From assembly GCF_009914755.1 (NCBI RefSeq), contig NC_060947.1: a stretch of DNA of 64,000 nucleotides; one strand, written 5' to 3'. Positions within the stretch are counted from its first letter, which is position 1. Each line of letters starts with the position of its first letter. The DNA is from the human T2T-CHM13v2.0 reference genome, Homo sapiens. The position numbers and the translations under genes were made by a program. The notes under the pieces are model-generated. The model did not search any database and was not told the origin of the DNA. It worked only from the letters and a program-made list of their open reading frames with translations. Below, in pieces: positions 50,640 to 63,964 of the stretch.

Positions 50640-50958
50640 ATATTTTATTTTATTTTTTGAGACAGGGTCTCATAATGTCTCCCAGGCTGGAGTGCAGTAG
50701 CATGATCGCAGCTCACGGCAGCCTCAACCTCCTGGGCTCAAGCAATCCTCCTGCCTCAGCCTCCTGTGTAGCTGGGACCACAGGTGTATGCCACCACACA
50801 CAGCTAATTTTGTTTTTAATCTTTGTAGAGCCAGGGTCTTGTCATCTTGCCCGGGCTGATCTCAAACTCCTGGGCTCAAGTGAGCCTCCCACCTTGGCCT
50901 CACAAAGTGCTGGGATCCCAAGTGCAGGGATTACAGACATGAGCCACCATGTCTGGCC
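50640..50958 (-). mobile_element. AluJ
   Basis: Antisense dimer with a small internal duplication (AAGTGCTGGGATCCCAAGTGCAGGGATTAC). Confidence 0.92.
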
Positions 50959-51194
50959 TTCGTGTATTTTGAATATAAATCTAGAAAAAATATTTACCTT
51001 GCAAAATTCTATTTTACTAATATATTTTATGAAAACATGTTCACTGTCAGACACAGGACATGTACCTTCCCAACTCCTGACTGAAACTCCATGAAAGGAG
51101 AAAAAATATATGCATTAAAATAATATATTTATAATAGTCAAACAGTGTCATTAATGGATATGAATGTATGGAGACCAAGGGGGTATTTCTGTAT

Positions 51195-51440
51195 TAACTC
51201 AATACATATTTATTAATGATCTCCTATCTGTTAGGCATATAAATATTAGTAAAATCTAGACCTAGTCTGTAAGAAGCTTGGTATCTACAGGAAAGGCATG
51301 CATATATAAAACTAATTTTCAAAAAATGAAAGACATTAAATGCATAGTAAGAACAAACTTGGGCTCAGTGGAGGGAGTAAATAATTCTGACTAGCCTATG
51401 AGGAGGGATGCTAGAATAAGGTTTTTCAGAGGTGACATTT
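51195..51440 (-). mobile_element. L2 3' fragment
   Basis: TCAATACATATTTATTAATGATCTCCTATCTG resembles an antisense L2 3' end. Confidence 0.55.
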
Positions 51441-53710
51441 AAGCATGCATACATTGATCTTTCACCATTTTAATCACAATATAAGTCTCTGCAATAACAA
51501 TTTACTATGTATGTTTTCATCATGGGAAGTGCCCACAAAATAAGTTGGCCATAAAGCATCAATTTAAAAGGAAGCAAAAACTGGTAAAGAATGAAGCATC
51601 ATGCAAGTCTGACTGATATATAGCTATGGAGAAAGTGGAAAAATAACTAGCTCAGTAACTACTCCCTGATGCTCCAGGAAAATAAAAGAAAGCTAAAAGG
51701 CTTCTAAAATAAAATATAACACGCTATCTGTAAAGATTCATCAGCCAAACTACTTAATGTTAACTTTTTTAAAAAATCAATTACTCTTAAAAAAAACTAA
51801 CACCTATTCAAGGGGTTCCTAAAGAATGAAAATTGGATTCTTTATATAAGACATTTTAAATATGAGAGATGTTATAAGAAATATTGTACTTGATAAAGAT
51901 AACCGTAAGCTCAGTAGATATTTTATTCTTGAAATTTTGAGTTATTTTGATATTTTAGTCTTGATTCATGAGGAATAAAGGCTGTATCATCTTACCAAAT
52001 AAAAGGTTGTAAGAAAAATAATCAGCTTAAATGAACAGTTTTCCTCTTTTTCTACATAACTAGGTTATTTTATAAATTGCTAGATGTTTTTGACCTCAAA
52101 AAATGATAATTTTTCACATGAAATATTAAGCTCTAACCTAGCTTGTGATTAAGGATTTTTTATTTGTAAAACATGTTATTAAATGTGTTCTAAAACTACA
52201 CATTTTATTCCCATTATTATAAATCCAATATTATTATAAATGCAAACTTATCATTTATGGAGTTTATCTGTAACAAATGTCATGTATGAACATAAACTCT
52301 GAAAGCTGAAATAAGAGCAAACAGTTTTATCTGGATCATGGAAAAGGGGCCAATGATAGGTGTTTTTTTAAAGCTGTCAATTTAATCATTTGATTCTACC
52401 TTGCCATATAATCTTTTAAAGAATAAAAAAAACGTAAACAATAATAAAAATTATCTACAAAAATAAAAACATTTTTTTTAAAAGAACAAACAAAAAAATT
52501 AAAAACATAAAATTTTGTGATGCATCATTTTCTTGTAATTTTACCGTATCAGGAGAAATATTGCTTTTAAATGAGAATGGAGTCTCAATATAATGGGAGA
52601 AGAAAAAAAAATCAAGGAAGGAGCAAAATAACCAGAGGAGAATAGGGAGAAAACAGAAGAGGATGGGATAGATTTGAAGAAACTCCTTTTCTCCATTTCT
52701 CTTGAGTCCTTGTGGGTGGATAAAAAGAAATGTCAAGAGCAAACTTACTGCCAAATAATGCCCTGTGTTAAAACAACAGAAGTTAACATTCTCTGGCTTT
52801 GTAATATAAATGGATCCCTTTGCCACCATGATGGTTAAAAGGTTTGCACAATAGACAGCTTGTCACCTGACTGTTGCACTAATACTGTGATGGAATATGC
52901 ATACACAAAATGAGGAGTGCAAAAATAATTAATTTCTAAACCAGGATAACCATTAATATTCACATAGTAAAATCTGCTTTGTTGTTTGAAAGGCAAAATC
53001 AATTAAAGTGGCTGGCATTCATTTGAATTTAATGAGGGTAGAGTTGGTTTAAAACTTTTCTGGGAACATATGTTAGGGATATCTTTGGTCCAAGCATTTA
53101 TATTTTAGACTATTATACTATTAATAAAAAATTACATGGTACTTAGAGTTATTGATAAAATAATACATACTATCCCTCCAGCAAGTTTGTCTACCTGGGC
53201 AAAATAAAATAAAAAAAAAACAATATATATATATATATATATGTATGTAAACAGTGAGTTAATACATCATCATGCCTCTTCCCTTTATGTGACAGTTTCA
53301 AAGCTTACATAAAACTTAGAATCTTGAAATGCATAATACTTCATACTTTTTAGGAACATTAAAAACTTGCACTTATTTTTAACAACAATAATGAGGTATA
53401 ATTGTCATTAAATAAACTGCATAGATTTAATTGGTACAATTTAATAAAATTTAAAATATATACCCACTCATGAAACCATCAAGGTGATTACATATAATCA
53501 TCCCCAAAAGTTTTATCATGGCCCTTTATAATCCCTCCTTTGAATTCTTAAAGCCACCCTATTTCTAAGCAACCATTAAATTGCTTTACACCATTAAATA
53601 TTAATTTGAATTTTCTGGAATTTTATATAAGTAGAATTATATAATATATATCCTTCATTGTCAGATTTCACTTAGAATGATTATTTTGAGATTCATTTAT
53701 GTTTTAGTAT

Positions 53711-54669
53711 GTACTGCGAGTTGAATTTTATCCTCCAAAAAGATGCATTGAAGTCCTCAGCCCCATACCTCAGAATGTGACCTTATTTGTAATAGGGTTG
53801 CTGCAGATTTATATGGGTTGGATTTGAGTCCCCATCAAATCTTATGCTGAATTGTAATTCCCAGTGTGGGAGGTGGGGCCTGGTGGGAGGTGATTCAATC
53901 ATGGGGTCGTAGCTCTCATGAATGGTTTAGCACCATCCCCTCATGGTTACTGTATAGTCAGTGAGTTCTCATGAAATTTGATTGTTTAAAAGTGTACCAC
54001 ATCTCCCTCTTCTCTCTTGCTCCTTCTCCAGCCATGTGAAGTGCTGCTACCCCTTTGCCTTCTTCCATGATTGTAAGTTTTCCTGAGGCCTCCCCAGAAG
54101 CTGAACAGATGCCAGCATCACGCTTCCTGTACAGCCGATGGAACTGTGAGCCAATTAAACCTCTTTTCTTTATAAATGTCCCAGTCTCGGACATTTCTTT
54201 ATAGCAATACAAGAACAAACTAATACACAGATGTAATTATTTAAGATGAGGTCATACTGGAGGGGGCTTGAACCTTAATACACGATGACTAGAGTCCTTA
54301 TAAGAAAAGGAAAAGAGACACAAAGACACACAGGAGAGAAAGATACCATGTGATGGCAGAGGTTAAGATTGAAGTGCTGCAGCTGCAAAGTGGGACTTAA
54401 TCCCATATGACTTGTGTCCTTATAAAAAGGGACAATTTAGACACAGACACAGACATGCACAGACATGCACAGACTATGTGAAAACACACACAGGAAAAAG
54501 TTGAGTTGAGAAAGGATTCTCCCCAGCAGGTTTCTGGGGCAACATGACCCTATCAACACCTTGATTTCAGACTTCTAGCCTCCAGAACTCTGAGACAGTA
54601 AGTTTCTGTTTTTTAAGTCATCCAGTTTGTGGTGCTTTGTTGTTACAGCAGCCCTAAGAACCGAATACA
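53711..54669 (+). mobile_element. MLT1(B/C)-type MaLR LTR
   Basis: CTCAGAATGTGACCTTATTTG...AAGATGAGGTCATACTGGA...GACTTCTAGCCTCCAGAAC...GCAGCCCTAAGAACCGAATACA. Confidence 0.85.
53809..54227 (+). mobile_element. MSTA-type MaLR solo LTR nested in MLT1
   Basis: 5-bp TSD CAGAT (53804-53808 and 54228-54232); GGAGGTGGGGCCTGGTGGGAGGTGATT; ends CTAATACA. Confidence 0.9.
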
Positions 54670-57600
54670 GCATGTAACATAATATCTTTCCGTTTTGTGG
54701 ATATATCACAATTTATTTATCCATTCACCTGTTGGTGGGCATTTGGATTTTTTCCAGGTATGTGCCCGGTAGTAGTGCTACGTCATAGAATGCATTCAAC
54801 CTTAAATTAATTAAGTATTGACAGATTTATATCCAGATTTGCAATAGTCAATATACCCAATAGTGGGGCACAAGGGCTCCTATTTCTCACATCTGCACCA
54901 ATTCTTGCAATTTGCTACTTCTTTTTACTTTCCAATGTAAAGTATTACGTACTTGTTATTTTCACTGCATTTTAAAATTACCAATGAATTTGATGATCTC
55001 TTCATATATTTATCCACCTCTTGGGTATCCTCTTTGCTAAACTATTTATATTCTCTGTTTATGTTGTTACTGGTTTTAGGTGTTGTAAGTATCTTTTCCT
55101 CATCTTTTATCTGTCTGTTAAATTTATTTTGGGGGTCCGTTATCAGGAAAAAAAAACCCTTATTATGATGCAATCAAAGCAGTCCCTTTCTGGTCTTCTT
55201 GACTGATGCTTTTGAGCGTTATTTAAGAAGTTGTCTCCCAACCTTAAGTAACACATATATTCTTTTAAATTGTTTTCTACTTACCTTATTCTTGTCTTTT
55301 ACAGGTAGCATTCTAAACCATCTGGAAGTCAACATTTTATTTTTGATAAAGCAGGGATCAGGTTTTATTTTTCTCTATATACCAAACAGGTTTTCCTAGC
55401 ACCATTTATTAAACAGTCTGAGATTGACCATGTTAGTGTCAAATGTTATCTATTGATTTCAGGGCTCTTGTTTATCTTTCTCTATGAGGTCACACATCAC
55501 CCAGGAAATATAAAATTGTAGCATTTAGTTCTTAATACAGTGTTTCTCAAACTCCTGTAAGCAAGTGAATACGGATTCATACTTTATCATATTTGAAAGA
55601 CAATGCCAGAAATCCATGTTTTCTATATTGCTATAAAAATTGCTATAAAAACTAAATTGTCGTATATTAATGTATTCCAATCTATTCCTGTCTATTCCTG
55701 AGACAACAGTTACAAAGGAATAACATATTCCTTTGTCACTGTTACTAGGAGTTTAATATCTGGGGAGAAATTCTCTCTTCATTTCTATTTTGTAATTTTC
55801 CCCTGGAAATTCTTCTATCTTAATTTTTCTATAATATTTTTCAATTATTTTTAATTAATAAAAGTAAGCCTGTTATAAATTGTAATGAATTTATAGATTA
55901 ATGTAGGAGAAATTGATAATCAATATTGAATCTTCCCATATAAGAAAATAGTTTCCATTTATGCAAAGCTCCTATGTATGCTTCAGAAGAGATTATAGTT
56001 TACAAATAAACCATAATATCATATTAATAAACTATTCTAGTCTATTCATAAAGACTCTGAATAGACTCATAAACTAGTCTATTCATATAGACTGCATATT
56101 TTCTATAAAATTTACATTACCATTTGAAAGCTGGCTACAGATTAAGTCTAAATCTTAGTATTTGACCAACTTCCTGTCCTTTAGACACTGGAAATCTATT
56201 TATATAATAGTTCGTCATTAGTAAAATTGCAATACTAAACATGTATATCATAAACAAGTATCCGTCTTCATTACAGAGATCTGAGGTTACCTCAGACTCT
56301 GAGCAACAGGACCTAGACTCAACCCCTGGTGTTTCGGTAACATTCTGATTTCAGATATGTGGAAAAATAAGATGGTATAAGTAATGATAATTTTTATTTA
56401 ATGACTGTCTCTTCTCCATCAGACTGTTGTTAATTAACACACCTCTTTTGAATGAGAGTCCTATGAGAGAAAAGATTTAGTAAGAAATCATGAATGTCTA
56501 AAATGCCATTTTTCCACATATATAAACATGAACAACTCTTTTCAGCTTTTCTCAATATTCATCCCTAAGAGTGAGTCATTAGCCACAAGAAAAATCACCT
56601 TCCACAGCAATATTGGTTAGTGATCCTAATAGCTACACTGTCATATGGAACTGGAAGGTTTCAAGTAGAAAACTTCCAGGACATACTGGATAAAATTTAA
56701 GAATAGAAGTTTTATGTGATTTCTTTCAGATTTAGTATAAGCTTTCAATAATGTAGTTAAAACCTATTTTATTGACTCATATTATGAAATATTTATTCCC
56801 TTTACAATCAATTCTTATTTCATGTTGTAAAATGTTTAATATTTTCTAACACCCATTAACAAAAAGTAATGTGTTAGCTGTCAGATAATAACAAGGGTAA
56901 TTTTATCACATTTTATTTCATTAGAAAGTATAATTTTCAGAAAACTTTACTTTTTAACAATTATAAAAACTTATAATGTACAATATTATATTGATCAGTT
57001 CTATATGAACCATCATTGCAACAAAAATAAATCCACAGAACAAATTTTTACCCCTTATATCTTTGTGGCCACATGCATAAAACGCATGTTCAAATTTCAG
57101 TCCATATACATCCAGTGTTTTGTTTTTCATACATAGGATAGGGTGTTATGCAAGAATAACTTTCAAAAATTAAAGTTATAAAGTGAACACACGTCAAATA
57201 TTTATTTAACTCAATAATGTGGGAAATAATGAGGAAAACCACAGGTGGTAAAGCTGGTTCAAAGGAAAATTCAAATGGTTGTTATGTTGTCAGTTTAAGA
57301 AAGTCATGATGAAATACATTTGCTAAGTTTGAGGCAAAGCTGTTTAATGTTTTGCTGGAAAAAAAAAATCTTGTAGGGTTGTTTTTTCTACCTGAAATAA
57401 ATCACGTATCTCTATGAATACCATTTATAAGTTAACATCCAACTTCACAGAGCCAAGGCCCTAATAAGTAATAAGTAGTAAAACAAACAAAGTACAATCT
57501 CAGAAAGAAACAAATAATCCAAGGTGAATCTTTTAGACATTACTTCAGTATGAAAAAGGAAAACATGCAATGATAAATTTGTCTTATTTCTAAGTTTTTG

Positions 57601-58454
57601 GTAACTTTCTATTAGCAGAAATCAACAAAATATGTTCAAATATAAAATAGATTAGGACAATATTCAAGAAGTAAACAGAAAAATGTAGAATCTCTTAATG
57701 TAAAGATCTTGTTTTTATACTGTTTCAGTGAATGATGATGAATATAAACTCATTATGATATTCAAGTTTTATTTGCCATTACTGAAAATGTGATGCTATG
57801 GTTTAATCTTAAATAATAATTTTTACAAGATATCAGAAATTATATTCCTCACAATAATTTTGCATTATGCTGAAAAATTCTTATAGGGAAAAGGTTAGCA
57901 AATAGGTTTGATTGTTTTTCCTGAGACAATCTTTCAAATTTCTCCATTAATGTCACCGTATCTATTTTTTATCTTACTGAAATTCAAATACCTAGGAGTC
58001 ACAGTTCCTTATTCTCTAACACTATAACAAAAGTCACTGGTAAGAGAGTGGGAAGTAAAAAGTAATAATTAAAAAAAAAGCCTAGGCATCTATTCTCATA
58101 GCACTTACAGTCTAAAAAGTAAAATTGATATAAATCAAACAGTCACTTAAATAAAAAATAAAGTTGTGCCCTAGGCATACGGTATGAAGTGTGGGTATAC
58201 AGAGTCTTGAAAGTGAGAAATAAGGGAAATAAATCTTGAAAGAGTTAGCTGAGATCTAAGAAGGCATCTACTAGGTGAAGACAAGAGAGTCAGTCTTTTG
58301 GAGATGTATCTTTTTTTTTTTTTTCTGTCATTTCAAAAGCCTCCTGGATGAGAAGGAAGACATATGTGTTTGATTTGACTTTTTTTTTGCATTTTGTTTG
58401 GAATTTTATTGAATACATGTGCCTGCTAGTTTTATTTTTAAAACTTCAGAGTCA

Positions 58455-58910
58455 CTTAAGTGGAATAAGAGGGACTGGATTCACCCTCTCACGTGAAACA
58501 ACCAAAAACGGACAATAGTTGGAAGACACAGACATCAGGAAACAAAGAACAACTATTCCTGAGAGACTGGAAACAAACAAGGGGAAATCTAGGATTTCCA
58601 GGGTTTATCCCCTGGAGAGACTTTCCTGGCCACAGCATACCATGTGGAGGGAGAATCCAGGCATGGCATGGCTCTGGAGGCTCTCTGGAATGGAGATGAC
58701 AATCTATAAAGACCAACACGGTTATTGTTCTTCAAAAAACATATCGGAGACAAGAGAGCTGCACAGAGAAAGAACCTTGGAGATCAGCAGAGGGTCTCCC
58801 TCAAGTATTCTGCTAATTACTGGTCAGCAGATTCATGTAAGAACACACTACCCAAGGCTTGGAAAGAATCACTGAATAAGATTAGAGGGAATGGTGCCTA
58901 GTATTCAATC
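58455..58910 (+). mobile_element. Old L1 5'-region fragment
   Basis: GGAATAAGAGGGACTGGATTCACCCTCTCACGTGAAACAACC resembles L1M 5' ends; subfamily uncertain. Confidence 0.5.
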
Positions 58911-59341
58911 TATGGAGGGCTTGATCAAATTTTATTTTTATTGGTACTTAAAGCAGAAGCAGTAAACCCTGTGTTGTGTAAACACAGTGCAAGCTCCAAC
59001 TTTGTAGGAGCCAAGGGTAGAAAAGTTTCCCCCTTTTTATCTTTTTCTTTGTCATTATCCTCCCTGCAACCCTCTCTATCTTCTTTTAGAGAAAAAATAT
59101 GACTTTCTATAAAAATACATATATGGGATATTACTATTCACATTCTTCTGCATCTATTTTATATTTTTGTTACTTAAAAATATATCTTTGAGATATTTTC
59201 CTGGGTGTACATGTTTATATCAACTTTATTCTGTAATTTGTTTAACAGTCTTGCTGAATAGGCTCAGGGTACAAGTTAATATGGTACAAGCATTACCAAG
59301 TTGCCTTCATACCTACTTTATGAATTCTCTTCTCTGTGTTG

Positions 59342-59905
59342 TGTAACCAAGACAAACAGGGGTTTGCTTGCCTGGGGCAGCAAGGCCAAACATCTACACT
59401 GAAGTTTTCAGCGGGAGAAAGGAGGGCATTTATTTACAAGGCAACAAGCAAGGAGAATAGGGCAGCCCACAATTAAAATCTGACCTCCTCGATGACTTGC
59501 AAGCAAGCGTTTTTAAAGGCAGGGGAAAACTTCAGAAAAGCAGGAGTTACAGGCAAAATCATAAATCAATACACAGAGGTTATACATTGGTTTGGCCTAA
59601 AAAGACTGGATATCTTGACATGGAGGCTTTCAGGTCAATATTTGGGGACAATGGAAAAGAATGTTCACTCTGGCTCGTGGGTGTGACTTCCTCCAGGTTC
59701 CTCAGGAAGAAATTCAGAAGAAAGAACGGAGATCAGAGTCCAGTCCTCAGTTCCCCCTTATTTGAAGTCTGCATGCCAGTAAATCCCTTTCGTTGAGGTC
59801 TGGGTTCCTGAAAAACAACTCAGGGACATATGTTAAGATGTTATCTAAAGTTTCTACAGGAAACTAAACATCTTGTGACTCTAACTTCTTTGGCTATTGT
59901 TGAGG
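59342..59905 (-). mobile_element. ERV1 LTR (MER31/MER67-like)
   Basis: TGTAACC terminus, antisense poly(A) signal (TTTATT), and CAAGCAAGGAGAATAGGGCAGC...TTTTTAAAGGCAGGGG motif. Confidence 0.6.
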
Positions 59906-60490
59906 GTTCCTTGCTCTTTTTCACTTGGATAATATTTATAACTTTTTCTAGTTATTTTCAGATAGTAATAGTAATAATTTTCTTAGACAATATACCTATC
60001 TAATTTGAATAATAAATTGTTCAGAACAATGAACTCCCAGAGATGAACCTCCAAAGTGCTTTTGTAATCCAGCTTGATTCTTTTTAAGGTGGGAAACCTG
60101 AAGAGAGAACCGGAGCCTCCCCACCCCCTCAGCCCACTCCATGTCTCCCTCTTCTCTCTCTGTCTGTCTCCCACAAACACTTCTTTTCTTAACTAATAAT
60201 AGTTTCTGACAACTCCAAGAGGAGTGGTTGAGAGTACAGGCTTATTCAGCCAGCAATCTCTGGGTTTGGCAGTTGTTCAAAGATAGCTTGTTTTCTCAAC
60301 GGGTGATTTTAAGGATTTCTGAGAAATTCATTCACTTGATGTGTGTAATGGCTCCTATGTTCCTTGGTGCCTGTTAGGTCACCCAACAGACTCTCCAGAC
60401 TGGAGCTCCATCTCTCTTTCAGGTAGCTATTTTGGGCCAAGTCCCTGTTAAGATGGCTTCAAGTTATTTTCTATCTCTCTGATCCCATAT

Positions 60491-60837
60491 TGATGCAGGA
60501 TTTTTTGCTCCTTAGTTCAGCTAAATCTGGGTTCTTGTCACAACCAGGAAAAATTAGGCACATGGACACATTGAAGGGTGAGGAGGACAGAATTTATTAA
60601 GTGAAAGTGGAGCTCTCACCAAAGAGAGGGGTCCCGCCAACCAGCTCCCACCTCACAAGCTGAATACCAGGCCACCACACATGAGCTGAAAAGGCCAGGC
60701 TCTTCCCCTGCATAAGGCGCAAATTCCTGATGGCTTCACCCTCATTCCCCCAGTGCGCACGCAGGCCCTTAGTCTGAGCCACTCTACATTGATGTATTTC
60801 TCTTACCGTGCATGTGTTAAGGGACGGAATTTTTCAC
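60491..60837 (-). mobile_element. MER61-like LTR (3' portion), truncated
   Basis: TGATGCAGGATTTTTTGCTCCTTAGTTCAGCTAAATC matches the recalled MER61 antisense end; TTTATT at ~60593. Confidence 0.75.
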
Positions 60838-60911
60838 CTGACTTCAGGTGATCCACCCGCCTCAGCCTCCCAAAGTGCTAGGGTTATAGGCGTGAGCCAC
60901 TGTGCCTGGCC
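60838..60911 (-). mobile_element. Alu 5' fragment (~75 bp)
   Basis: CCTGACTTCAGGTGATCCACCCGCC...CACTGTGCCTGGCC. Confidence 0.9.
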
Positions 60912-62113
60912 AATCTGAGGGCTCTTTAAGAAAATCCTTTTAAATCCCTTATTGCATGACTTTAGCCATGCCAAGTGGCCAATTTTTCTGGAGTTGGAAC
61001 TTTACCAAAAGTAACCTCACAGGTGAAACCAGCAGGCCTCAATTACGGTTATGACTTAACCACAAATGTACAAGGTATTTTCAAAGAGGTGGTAGGCAGT
61101 TTTTGTAAAATCTAGAACCTTTAAAGGTAACTCAGAGAAAGGAAAATTTAAGAAAAGAAGTTAGAAGTTGTTCATGGAGGGGAAGAGAATCAGCAAATAG
61201 CAAAAGTCACACAGATATCAACTCAAAAGTACTCATTTCCATGCCAGGATTGAACCCGGGCCATCACTGTCAAATGGCAGAAACTAAAACCAAGTTCTTC
61301 CACGTGGTTACAGGACACACTTCCAAGGACATAAAACAAGATGGAGGCCGGCAGCAAAGTTTCTTACTGGCCAACTTGCTGGGCTGACTTCATCAGTGGG
61401 CTTATGAGGTCCCAGGCCCGTATCCCATTCCAAGGTACCCATCTTTCTGACAGAACCATACAGACAGACATGCAAAGCACATTGAATTGGCTACAGCCTA
61501 AGGCCAACTTTATAAATTCTATCTCATCAGTCAAAACTTCACAGAGAATATAAACAGTGATCCTTATCATTCATTTTACCAGTTTGTACAGAGAGAGGCC
61601 AAAATCTGATGGGTAGAAAAACTTTTACCCTTTTGCCAGCATGTCAGGCTTCTGGTTTCCCTTCCCCTGAGCTCAATTCTAAGCCAATCAGTTTAAGGTT
61701 TGGGAAATTAACTCTTCCTGGTTTGGAGGAGGCATCTGAGGGGAATGTCCTGTAGCACAGAGACATGATTCTCCATCTGTGAAGAGAGGACAGAGGAGAA
61801 AAAAGGAAAAAAAGAAAGCATTTCCAAAGGAGTCCCAGGGGTTCAGGATGCATTAGAAAGGGGTACAGACTGAAGATGAATGGCTACTTCTGGAAAGAGG
61901 AGAGCAAGGTCCCTGGTTCCTTCCTCTTCCTAGTGAATACCTGGGGTACGTGAGCGACAGAAAGAAAAAACGTCCTCTTTCCTTCTTCCATCCTTTTATC
62001 CCCAAGTCCCAGGAACCTTGACAGGGTGCTGCCCATGAGTGCCAATGTGGCATTCACCCATGTTAACAGGGGGCCTAGGGGGTGAGATTCTCCACTCTTA
62101 CCCAGAAGCTGCC

Positions 62114-63114
62114 TGTAGGGTCCAGCCCCACAAGGCCGGTGGGTTTTCTCCCCGTGTGCGGAGACAACAGAGGTAGAAATAAAGACACAAGACAGAGAAA
62201 AGAAAAGACAGCTGGGCCCGGGGGACCACTACCACCAAGACTTGGAGACCAGTAGTGGCCCCGAATGCCAGGCTGCGCTGATATTTATTGGATACAAAAC
62301 AAAGGGGCAGGGTAAGGAGTGTGAGCCATCTCCAATGATAGGTAAGGTCACGTGGGTCACATGTCCACTGGACAGGGGGCCCTTCCCTGCCTGGCAGCCA
62401 AGGCAGAGAGAGAGAGGGGAGAGAGAGAGACAGCTTACACCATTATTTCTGCTTATCAGAGGCTTTTAGTACTTTCACTAATTTGCTACTACTATCTAAA
62501 AGGCAGAGCCAGGTGTACAGGATGGAACATGAAGGTGGACTAGGAGCGTGACCACTGAAGCCCAGCATCACAGGGAGACGGTTAGGCCTCCGGATAACTG
62601 TGGGCAGGCCTGACATCAGTCAGGCTCTCCACAACAGGTGGAGGAGTAGAGTCTTCTCTAAACTCCCCCAGGAAAAGGGAGACTCCCTTTCCCGGTCTGC
62701 TAAGTAGCGGGTGTTTTTCCTTGACACTGACGCTACCTCTAGACCACAGTGCACTTGGCAACGGGCATCTTCCCAGACGCTGGCATTACCGCTAGACCAA
62801 GAAGCCCTCTGGTGGCCCTGTCCAGGCATAACAGAAGGCTCACACTCTTGTCTTCTGGTGACTTCTCACTATGTCCCCTCAGCTCTTATCTCTGTATGGC
62901 CTGGTTTTTCCTAGGTTATGATTGTAGAGCGAGGATTATTATAATATTGGAATAAAGAGTAATTGCTACAAACTAATGATTAATCATATTCATATATAAT
63001 CATATCTAAGATCTATATCTAGTATAACTATTCTTATTTTATATATTTTATTATACTGGAACAGCTCGTGCCCTCGGTCTCTTGCATCGGCACCTGGGTG
63101 GCTTGCCTCCCACA
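62114..63114 (-). mobile_element. LTR13 solo LTR (HERV-K13/HML-4, ERVK)
   Basis: Minus strand begins TGTGGGAGGCAAGCCACCCAGGTGCCGATGCAAGAGACCGAGGGCACGAGCTGTTCC and ends CCCTACA. 1001 bp. 6-bp TSD GCTGCC (62108-62113 and 63115-63120). Confidence 0.9.
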
Positions 63115-63586
63115 GCTGCCTTTCCCCCTGCTCTCAGTAGCCTTTGAGTTCCCTAGACCTCATTTATGCCACGGATGCTAGCACCACCTCTATCCATAAA
63201 ACAGAAGTCTTCGCTTAATCGGCAGGAATTAGTCATGCTCACCCTCACCATGCCTTTTAATTTCCATTGTCATCTGCCTCTGGATTCCTCAGATCCAGTT
63301 TTCTATCTTAAGGCTTCAACCTGAAACTTGGAATTGAGTTTGGGATAAAAGAACTGCCTCAAGGAGATGCATGGACTCATCAAAGCCCAGGTACCCCTCA
63401 CCAGACTGGCTGCAGCCTCCTTATCATAAGCCAAATGCTAAGGTGAAGCTGTGGAATTGCATCCTTCTTAAACAAGGGAGGGAAAAAGGGTGTCCTTTGA
63501 ATTGGGGTACTAGCCTAACAAGACACCTTCAAAAAGGAAAAAAAACAAAAAACAAAAAAAAACCTCTTGCATAAAAGTTAACTCCT

Positions 63587-63964
<378 letters not shown>

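Larger units (their letters stand above)
53375..55430 (-). mobile_element. Old L1 3' fragments (antisense) interrupted by MaLR LTRs
   Basis: ATGAGGTATAATTG...GAGATTCATTTATGTT, resuming at ACAATTTATTTATCCATTCACCTGTTGGTGGGCATTTGG. Confidence 0.7.
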
